The notes under the pieces: generated by a model
What the model saw: only the letters and a program-made list of their open reading frames with translations
Told to the model about the DNA's origin: nothing
Database searches by the model: none
In this document: positions 53,801 to 64,000 of the stretch, in pieces
Layout of the letters: each line of letters begins with the position of its first letter
How positions within the stretch are numbered: the first letter of the stretch is position 1
Made by a program: the position numbers and the translations under genes
Origin: Strigamia acuminata
Taxonomy: Eukaryota
DNA length: 64,000 bases
Assembly: GCA_949358305.1 (NCBI GenBank)
Contig: OX442314.1
Coordinates: 28,954,001-29,018,000, forward strand
Reading direction: 5' to 3'

Positions 53801-56800
53801 AATATTTGACAAATTCCAGACAAATTTCAGACAAATTTCAATTAATTTTTGAAATTTTATGAGAAATTTCAGCAAATGTTTGAGGATTGAGGAAATCTTC
53901 TGAAATTTGTCAAATATAGGCAAAAATCTTCTGAAATTTGTCAAATACAGGCAAAAATCTGCTGAAATTTGTCAAAAATTGCCCAAATTCCGTGCAAGTT
54001 TTGCAAGTTTTGCGCGCATCAAATCGTATGCGCGCCTATACTATTGCACGAGCGCATTGACGCGTGATGAACACCGACCACGTTTACGAAGTGAATTCGA
54101 GCTACAAAAGTATCGAGTCGCCATTCTATGATGGAAAAAAAAAATTAAGTGTAAACAAACAAAATAAAAACTTTAATATACAAGAAACGTACAATTCCAC
54201 TCAACTTTGTTTCAAATTTTATTTATTGGATCATTGAAAATAAACAGTAGTGTTGTGCACTGTACGCTTAAGTGTATACCGGCGATGCGTTGTTTTGTGG
54301 TGGGGATTTGCCTCGATAATTGATCTTTTCTCTTTGTTTGCAATATTTTTTTGGCCTTTTTTGTTGATTTTTCGGTTTGAAATTGTTTTTTTCCGGTGTA
54401 ATTTAAGTGGTGGAAGGTTGTTGGCGTGTGTTGAGGGTAATTTTGGCGGTTTTTGGGTCGGGATTAGTGTTTTCTGCGATTTTTTATCGGTATTTGGGGT
54501 TTGATGCAGCGGATAGCGCATGCGAATCGCCGTCGACCGTAGCATTAGCAATTGCAACGTGCCGCGCTATGCCGCACAATGTGCCGCCGCGATATGCCAT
54601 CGAATCCGAATGTGTGTGATGCGAAACGCGAGTACGCGCGCGGAGAACGCGCGGCAATGCTAGCAACAGGAGCGCAACTGCCCAAGAAATTGCTCAACAA
54701 TAAAAGGCACGTGGAAGCACGTGCCTGAAACAATAGGCACTTCAAATAAAGTTATTGTTAAAAAACGGGCTTGAAAACCAACAATTACACAATAATTAAG
54801 GGGCAAGAAATGAACTTTGCTGCAATGCAAAGTTCTCAAAATACAGAGAAATGAAAGTTACACTTGTATAAAGAATTGACAATGTTTGAAACCAATAAAA
54901 ACTACAAAAACACACTTGTAAAAAACCCAAAACAACCCCCAGAATGAATTATTTGACTCAAATTAACCCTAAAACGGTCTTGGAGGTCGTGCAGACGACA
55001 GAGTCGGATCGGAAGGTTGCTAAAACCTGACGCCAAAACTAGCAATGGGACAGCTAGTTAGAAAACAGCTTTTTCATCAATCATGAACGCTGAAAACCTC
55101 ACCCAGGGGTAGAAAATGATGGAGAGAACGTTTTCGCCATCTAAAACGGTCTAAAACGGGTCTAAAATGCCTAAACCGGCACCTGGAACGTGGCGCAGTT
55201 GTTGGGTCAAATATTGTCAAAAATCAGTGGAAATTTGTCAAATACTGGCAAAAATCTGCTGAAATTTGTCAAAAATTGCCAAATTTTGGCGCAAGTTACG
55301 TGAGGTTTGCGCGCATCCAACTATGACGAAAAATCCATGCGTGTGCACGCGCGATTTACTGGCGCGTTGGAAGCGTTAAAATAAATTTTTCCAATATCTA
55401 ACACAATTTGCACCGAATTATGGCAATTTTTGACAAATTTACATGGATTTTTGCCAGTATTTGACAAATTTCCACGGATTTTTGACAATATTTGACAAAT
55501 TCCAGACAAATTTCAGACAAATTTCAATTAATTTTTGAAATTTTATGAGAAATTTCAGCAAATGTTTGAGGATTGAGGAAATCTTCTGAAATTTGTCAAA
55601 TATAGGCAAAAATCTTCTGAAATTTGTCAAATACAGGCAAAAATCTGCTGAAATTTGTCAAAAATTGCCCAAATTCCGTGCAAGTTTTGCAAGTTTTGCG
55701 CGCATCAAATCGTATGCGCGCCTATACTATTGCACGAGCGCATTGACGCGTGATGAACACCGACCACGTTTACGAAGTGAATTCGAGCTACAAAAGTATC
55801 GAGTCGCCATTCTATGATGGAAAAAAAAAATTAAGTGTAAACAAACAAAATAAAAACTTTAATATACAAGAAACGTACAATTCCACTCAACTTTGTTTCA
55901 AATTTTATTTATTGGATCATTGAAAATAAACAGTAGTGTTGTGCACTGTACGCTTAAGTGTATACCGGCGATGCGTTGTTTTGTGGTGGGGATTTGCCTC
56001 GATAATTGATCTTTTCTCTTTGTTTGCAATATTTTTTTGGCCTTTTTTGTTGATTTTTCGGTTTGAAATTGTTTTTTTCCGGTGTAATTTAAGTGGTGGA
56101 AGGTTGTTGGCGTGTGTTGAGGGTAATTTTGGCGGTTTTTGGGTCGGGATTAGTGTTTTCTGCGATTTTTTATCGGTATTTGGGGTTTGATGCAGCGGAT
56201 AGCGCATGCGAATCGCCGTCGACCGTAGCATTAGCAATTGCAACGTGCCGCGCTATGCCGCACAATGTGCCGCCGCGATATGCCATCGAATCCGAATGTG
56301 TGTGATGCGAAACGCGAGTACGCGCGCGGAGAACGCGCGGCAATGCTAGCAACAGGAGCGCAACTGCCCAAGAAATTGCTCAACAATAAAAGGCACGTGG
56401 AAGCACGTGCCTGAAACAATAGGCACTTCAAATAAAGTTATTGTTAAAAAACGGGCTTGAAAACCAACAATTACACAATAATTAAGGGGCAAGAAATGAA
56501 CTTTGCTGCAATGCAAAGTTCTCAAAATACAGAGAAATGAAAGTTACACTTGTATAAAGAATTGACAATGTTTGAAACCAATAAAAACTACAAAAACACA
56601 CTTGTAAAAAACCCAAAACAACCCCCAGAATGAATTATTTGACTCAAATTAACCCTAAAACGGTCTTGGAGGTCGTGCAGACGACAGAGTCGGATCGGAA
56701 GGTTGCTAAAACCTGACGCCAAAACTAGCAATGGGACAGCTAGTTAGAAAACAGCTTTTTCATCAATCATGAACGCTGAAAACCTCACCCAGGGGTAGAA

Positions 56801-59800
56801 AATGATGGAGAGAACGTTTTCGCCATCTAAAACGGTCTAAAACGGGTCTAAAATGCCTAAACCGGCACCTGGAACGTGGCGCAGTTGTTGGGTCAAATAT
56901 TGTCAAAAATCAGTGGAAATTTGTCAAATACTGGCAAAAATCTGCTGAAATTTGTCAAAAATTGCCAAATTTTGGCGCAAGTTACGTGAGGTTTGCGCGC
57001 ATCCAACTATGACGAAAAATCCATGCGTGTGCACGCGCGATTTACTGGCGCGTTGGAAGCGTTAAAATAAATTTTTCCAATATCTAACACAATTTGCACC
57101 GAATTATGGCAATTTTTGACAAATTTACATGGATTTTTGCCAGTATTTGACAAATTTCCACGGATTTTTGACAATATTTGACAAATTCCAGACAAATTTC
57201 AGACAAATTTCAATTAATTTTTGAAATTTTATGAGAAATTTCAGCAAATGTTTGAGGATTGAGGAAATCTTCTGAAATTTGTCAAATATAGGCAAAAATC
57301 TTCTGAAATTTGTCAAATACAGGCAAAAATCTGCTGAAATTTGTCAAAAATTGCCCAAATTCCGTGCAAGTTTTGCAAGTTTTGCGCGCATCAAATCGTA
57401 TGCGCGCCTATACTATTGCACGAGCGCATTGACGCGTGATGAACACCGACCACGTTTACGAAGTGAATTCGAGCTACAAAAGTATCGAGTCGCCATTCTA
57501 TGATGGAAAAAAAAAATTAAGTGTAAACAAACAAAATAAAAACTTTAATATACAAGAAACGTACAATTCCACTCAACTTTGTTTCAAATTTTATTTATTG
57601 GATCATTGAAAATAAACAGTAGTGTTGTGCACTGTACGCTTAAGTGTATACCGGCGATGCGTTGTTTTGTGGTGGGGATTTGCCTCGATAATTGATCTTT
57701 TCTCTTTGTTTGCAATATTTTTTTGGCCTTTTTTGTTGATTTTTCGGTTTGAAATTGTTTTTTTCCGGTGTAATTTAAGTGGTGGAAGGTTGTTGGCGTG
57801 TGTTGAGGGTAATTTTGGCGGTTTTTGGGTCGGGATTAGTGTTTTCTGCGATTTTTTATCGGTATTTGGGGTTTGATGCAGCGGATAGCGCATGCGAATC
57901 GCCGTCGACCGTAGCATTAGCAATTGCAACGTGCCGCGCTATGCCACACAATGTGCCGCCGCGATATGCCATCGAATCCGAATGTGTGTGATGCGAAACG
58001 CGAGTACGCGCGCGGAGAACGCGCGGCAATGCTAGCAACAGGAGCGCAACTGCCCAAGAAATTGCTCAACAATAAAAGGCACGTGCCTGAAACAATAGGC
58101 ACTTCAAATAAAGTTATTGTTAAAAAACGGGCTTGAAAACCAACAATTACACAATAATTAAGGGGCAAGAAATGAACTTTGCTGCAATGCAAAGTTCTCA
58201 AAATACAGAGAAATGAAAGTTACACTTGTATAAAGAATTGACAATGTTTGAAACCAATAAAAACTACAAAAACACACTTGTAAAAAACCCAAAACAACCC
58301 CCAGAATGAATTATTTGACTCAAATTAACCCTAAAACGGTCTTGGAGGTCGTGCAGACGACAGAGTCGGATCGGAAGGTTGCTAAAACCTGACGCCAAAA
58401 CTAGCAATGGGACAGCTAGTTAGAAAACAGCTTTTTCATCAATCATGAACGCTGAAAACCTCACCCAGGGGTAGAAAATGATGGAGAGAACGTTTTCGCC
58501 ATCTAAAACGGTCTAAAACGGGTCTAAAATGCCTAAACCGGCGCCTGGAACGTGGCGCAGTTGTTGGGTCAAATATTGTCAAAAATCAGTGGAAATTTGT
58601 CAAATACTGGCAAAAATCTGCTGAAATTTGTCAAAAATTGCCAAATTTTGGCGCAAGTTACGTGAGGTTTGCGCGCATCCAACTATGACGAAAAATCCAT
58701 GCGTGTGCACGCGCGATTTACTGGCGCGTTGGAAGCGTTAAAATAAATTTTTCCAATATCTAACACAATTTGCACCGAATTATGGCAATTTTTGACAAAT
58801 TTACATGGATTTTTGCCAGTATTTGACAAATTTCCACGGATTTTTGACAATATTTGACAAATTCCAGACAAATTTCAGACAAATTTCAATTAATTTTTGA
58901 AATTTTATGAGAAATTTCAGCAAATGTTTGAGGATTGAGGAAATCTTCTGAAATTTGTCAAATATAGGCAAAAATCTTCTGAAATTTGTCAAATACAGGC
59001 AAAAATCTGCTGAAATTTGTCAAAAATTGCCCAAATTCCGTGCAAGTTTTGCAAGTTTTGCGCGCATCAAATCGTATGCGCGCCTATACTATTGCACGAG
59101 CGCATTGACGCGTGATGAACACCGACCACGTTTACGAAGTGAATTCGAGCTACAAAAGTATCGAGTCGCCATTCTATGATGGAAAAAAAAAATTAAGTGT
59201 AAACAAACAAAATAAAAACTTTAATATACAAGAAACGTACAATTCCACTCAACTTTGTTTCAAATTTTATTTATTGGATCATTGAAAATAAACAGTAGTG
59301 TTGTGCACTGTACGCTTAAGTGTATACCGGCGATGCGTTGTTTTGTGGTGGGGATTTGCCTCGATAATTGATCTTTTCTCTTTGTTTGCAATATTTTTTT
59401 GGCCTTTTTTGTTGATTTTTCGGTTTGAAATTGTTTTTTTCCGGTGTAATTTAAGTGGTGGAAGGTTGTTGGCGTGTGTTGAGGGTAATTTTGGCGGTTT
59501 TTGGGTCGGGATTAGTGTTTTCTGCGATTTTTTATCGGTATTTGGGGTTTGATGCAGCGGATAGCGCATGCGAATCGCCGTCGACCGTAGCATTAGCAAT
59601 TGCAACGTGCCGCGCTATGCCGCACAATGTGCCGCCGCGATATGCCATCGAATCCGAATGTGTGTGATGCGAAACGCGAGTACGCGCGCGGAGAACGCGC
59701 GGCAATGCTAGCAACAGGAGCGCAACTGCCCAAGAAATTGCTCAACAATAAAAGGCACGTGGAAGCACGTGCCTGAAACAATAGGCACTTCAAATAAAGT

Positions 59801-62800
59801 TATTGTTAAAAAACGGGCTTGAAAACCAACAATTACACAATAATTAAGGGGCAAGAAATGAACTTTGCTGCAATGCAAAGTTCTCAAAATACAGAGAAAT
59901 GAAAGTTACACTTGTATAAAGAATTGACAATGTTTGAAACCAATAAAAACTACAAAAACACACTTGTAAAAAACCCAAAACAACCCCCAGAATGAATTAT
60001 TTGACTCAAATTAACCCTAAAACGGTCTTGGAGGTCGTGCAGACGACAGAGTCGGATCGGAAGGTTGCTAAAACCTGACGCCAAAACTAGCAATGGGACA
60101 GCTAGTTAGAAAACAGCTTTTTCATCAATCATGAACGCTGAAAACCTCACCCAGGGGTAGAAAATGATGGAGAGAACGTTTTCGCCATCTAAAACGGTCT
60201 AAAACGGGTCTAAAATGCCTAAACCGGCACCTGGAACGTGGCGCAGTTGTTGGGTCAAATATTGTCAAAAATCAGTGGAAATTTGTCAAATACTGGCAAA
60301 AATCTGCTGAAATTTGTCAAAAATTGCCAAATTTTGGCACAAGTTACGTGAGGTTTGCGCGCATCCAACTATGACGAAAAATCCATGCGTGTGCACGCGC
60401 GATTTACTGGCGCGTTGGAAGCGTTAAAATAAATTTTTCCAATATCTAACACAATTTGCACCGAATTATGGCAATTTTTGACAAATTTACATGGATTTTT
60501 GCCAGTATTTGACAAATTTCCACGGATTTTTGACAATATTTGACAAATTCCAGACAAATTTCAGACAAATTTCAATTAATTTTTGAAATTTTATGAGAAA
60601 TTTCAGCAAATGTTTGAGGATTGAGGAAATCTTCTGAAATTTGTCAAATATAGGCAAAAATCTTCTGAAATTTGTCAAATACAGGCAAAAATCTGCTGAA
60701 ATTTGTCAAAAATTGCCCAAATTCCGTGCAAGTTTTGCAAGTTTTGCGCGCATCAAATCGTATGCGCGCCTATACTATTGCACGAGCGCATTGACGCGTG
60801 ATGAACACCGACCACGTTTACGAAGTGAATTCGAGCTACAAAAGTATCGAGTCGCCATTCTATGATGGAAAAAAAAAATTAAGTGTAAACAAACAAAATA
60901 AAAACTTTAATATACAAGAAACGTACAATTCCACTCAACTTTGTTTCAAATTTTATTTATTGGATCATTGAAAATAAACAGTAGTGTTGTGCACTGTACG
61001 CTTAAGTGTATACCGGCGATGCGTTGTTTTGTGGTGGGGATTTGCCTCGATAATTGATCTTTTCTCTTTGTTTGCAATATTTTTTTGGCCTTTTTTGTTG
61101 ATTTTTCGGTTTGAAATTGTTTTTTTCCGGTGTAATTTAAGTGGTGGAAGGTTGTTGGCGTGTGTTGAGGGTAATTTTGGCGGTTTTTGGGTCGGGATTA
61201 GTGTTTTCTGCGATTTTTTATCGGTATTTGGGGTTTGATGCAGCGGATAGCGCATGCGAATCGCCGTCGACCGTAGCATTAGCAATTGCAACGTGCCGCG
61301 CTATGCCACACAATGTGCCGCCGCGATATGCCATCGAATCCGAATGTGTGTGATGCGAAACGCGAGTACGCGCGCGGAGAACGCGCGGCAATGCTAGCAA
61401 CAGGAGCGCAACTGCCCAAGAAATTGCTCAACAATAAAAGGCACGTGCCTGAAACAATAGGCACTTCAAATAAAGTTATTGTTAAAAAACGGGCTTGAAA
61501 ACCAACAATTACACAATAATTAAGGGGCAAGAAATGAACTTTGCTGCAATGCAAAGTTCTCAAAATACAGAGAAATGAAAGTTACACTTGTATAAAGAAT
61601 TGACAATGTTTGAAACCAATAAAAACTACAAAAACACACTTGTAAAAAACCCAAAACAACCCCCAGAATGAATTATTTGACTCAAATTAACCCTAAAACG
61701 GTCTTGGAGGTCGTGCAGACGACAGAGTCGGATCGGAAGGTTGCTAAAACCTGACGCCAAAACTAGCAATGGGACAGCTAGTTAGAAAACAGCTTTTTCA
61801 TCAATCATGAACGCTGAAAACCTCACCCAGGGGTAGAAAATGATGGAGAGAACGTTTTCGCCATCTAAAACGGTCTAAAACGGGTCTAAAATGCCTAAAC
61901 CGGCGCCTGGAACGTGGCGCAGTTGTTGGGTCAAATATTGTCAAAAATCAGTGGAAATTTGTCAAATACTGGCAAAAATCTGCTGAAATTTGTCAAAAAT
62001 TGCCAAATTTTGGCGCAAGTTACGTGAGGTTTGCGCGCATCCAACTATGACGAAAAATCCATGCGTGTGCACGCGCGATTTACTGGCGCGTTGGAAGCGT
62101 TAAAATAAATTTTTCCAATATCTAACACAATTTGCACCGAATTATGGCAATTTTTGACAAATTTACATGGATTTTTGCCAGTATTTGACAAATTTCCACG
62201 GATTTTTGACAATATTTGACAAATTCCAGACAAATTTCAGACAAATTTCAATTAATTTTTGAAATTTTATGAGAAATTTCAGCAAATGTTTGAGGATTGA
62301 GGAAATCTTCTGAAATTTGTCAAATATAGGCAAAAATCTTCTGAAATTTGTCAAATACAGGCAAAAATCTGCTGAAATTTGTCAAAAATTGCCCAAATTC
62401 CGTGCAAGTTTTGCAAGTTTTGCGCGCATCAAATCGTATGCGCGCCTATACTATTGCACGAGCGCATTGACGCGTGATGAACACCGACCACGTTTACGAA
62501 GTGAATTCGAGCTACAAAAGTATCGAGTCGCCATTCTATGATGGAAAAAAAAAATTAAGTGTAAACAAACAAAATAAAAACTTTAATATACAAGAAACGT
62601 ACAATTCCACTCAACTTTGTTTCAAATTTTATTTATTGGATCATTGAAAATAAACAGTAGTGTTGTGCACTGTACGCTTAAGTGTATACCGGCGATGCGT
62701 TGTTTTGTGGTGGGGATTTGCCTCGATAATTGATCTTTTCTCTTTGTTTGCAATATTTTTTTGGCCTTTTTTGTTGATTTTTCGGTTTGAAATTGTTTTT

Positions 62801-62961
62801 TTCCGGTGTAATTTAAGTGGTGGAAGGTTGTTGGCGTGTGTTGAGGGTAATTTTGGCGGTTTTTGGGTCGGGATTAGTGTTTTCTGCGATTTTTGATCGG
62901 TATTTGGGGTTTGATGCAGCGGATAGCGCATGCGAATCGCCGTCGACCGTAGCATTAGCAA
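47824..62961. repeat. Tandem array of exactly nine ~1.68-kb units (1688,1686,1676,1676,1686,1686,1676,1686,1676 bp)
   Basis: Unit starts at 47824, 49512, 51198, 52874, 54550, 56236, 57922, 59598, 61284; internal ~30-bp GAAATTTGTCAAA subrepeats. Confidence 0.97.
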
Positions 62962-63349
62962 GTGCGCGCGCAAGTTAAATGTGTACAGGACTGTGAGAAA
63001 ATAAAACGTGTGTGGAAAAGTAAATGTTCTTTGGTGATCGCCATGAGTTCGTACTTTGTCGTGGGCGCGAAATGTGTGTGATATATATGCTACTATGCGT
63101 GATGTAGCGCCGTCAGCGCGTTTCAGCACGCGATGTAGCGCCTTGAGCGCGTCCAAATGCGTACAGGTGTTCGACAGATGTGCCAGGGCTTCACGTGCAT
63201 ACACGAAACATAAACATGAAGAAAACAGAAAAAACCGTTGTGTGTGATGTGTATAAAGACACATTACACAAAGAATACTACTCTTCATACAAAAAGCAAT
63301 AAACTTTATACATATTGCAATAAACTTACAAAATGGTAAAAATAAAATA

Positions 63350-63600
63350 CTGGAAAACATGGCCTTGAATAATAGTGGAAAACATGGCATACTGCCTTGA
63401 ATAATAGTGAAAAACATGGCGTACTGCCTTGAATACCCCCTTGAATACGTCGCACCGCATCATCTCGCCTCACTTCCCGTCTTGGAAATAAATAAATGCC
63501 CCGGCGTTTATTCGAGGCAATGTCCAACTTGGGCTTTCATTCGCGCCTCACATCCCGCCTTGGTAATAAATAAACGCCCCGGCGTTTATTCGAGGCACAT
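63350..63600. repeat. Short direct repeats: ~30-bp GCCTTGAATAATAGTG(G/A)AAAACATGGC x2.5 and two copies of AATAAA(C/T)GCCCCGGCGTTTATTCGAGGC; probable DNA-transposon remnant
   Basis: Read directly; the second motif is a near-palindrome of the kind seen near MITE termini. Confidence 0.55.
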
Positions 63601-64000
63601 CACCCACACCTCCCCGGCGTTCAAACGAGTAGCTGCGCGTATTTGACCCCGGTTTTTATTTTTTCAAATTGTCGTGTGTTTTCAAAGTTCTTAATTTGTT
63701 CAAAAACAAACAAAATGGCTATTTGTTGATTTTTAATTGATTTTATCGATTTCTGTTCGTTTTTTGCTGGTTTTTAATCGATTTTTCTGTATTTTTGATC
63801 AATTTTTGCCAATTGTAATCGTTATTTGTCATTCTGAATTGATTATTGTCAGGTTTCAGTCGATTTTTGTCGATTTCTGATCAATGTTTATACATTTTTT
63901 ATCATTTTGTGTAGATTTCTGTTGAATTTTAATCATATTTCTTCGTTTTTATTCAATTTTTGTCCCATGCTCCGCGATCAGTTCGAATAATTGACACCAT

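Noticed and set aside
47818..63417. Recurrent 60-108-aa ORFs and the 258-aa ORF 62641-63417
   Set aside because: Low-complexity translations of the tandem unit and its junction, broken by the 10-bp indel and substitutions; no domain motifs
63650..64000. T-rich tail region as a feature
   Set aside because: Low-complexity strand-biased sequence with no definable unit or boundary in the window

Overview
Eukaryotic (animal, probably invertebrate) genomic DNA, almost all transposons and repeats. 1-33.7 kb: two tandem, divergent DEG/ENaC (pickpocket/ASIC-like) channel genes on + hit by three Ty3/gypsy LTR retrotransposons, all on the - strand. Element 1 sits in an intron and runs off the left edge; element 2 is intergenic, full length (12,340 bp, ATAT TSD); element 3 is a 4.66-kb Mag-like element that interrupts the last coding exon. 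Elements 1 and 2 are divergent relatives: ~1000-aa Gag, A_AAA_AAC -1 frameshift with hairpin, tRNA-Pro PBS. Both carry a homologous, non-Env, intron-containing third gene between pol and the 3' LTR, with a conserved phase-0 intron position; this is the most novel-looking system here. 35.7-40.4 kb: a truncated fourth gypsy element on + (LTR, PBS, gag, protease). 41.7-63 kb: a ~9-kb palindrome centred at ~46,202, with a triplicated 553-bp hairpin core, mirrored 56-bp hairpin arrays and 1.68-kb units; the units continue on the right as an array of exactly 9 copies. Splice models and clade labels are inferred by eye; no database searches were run.
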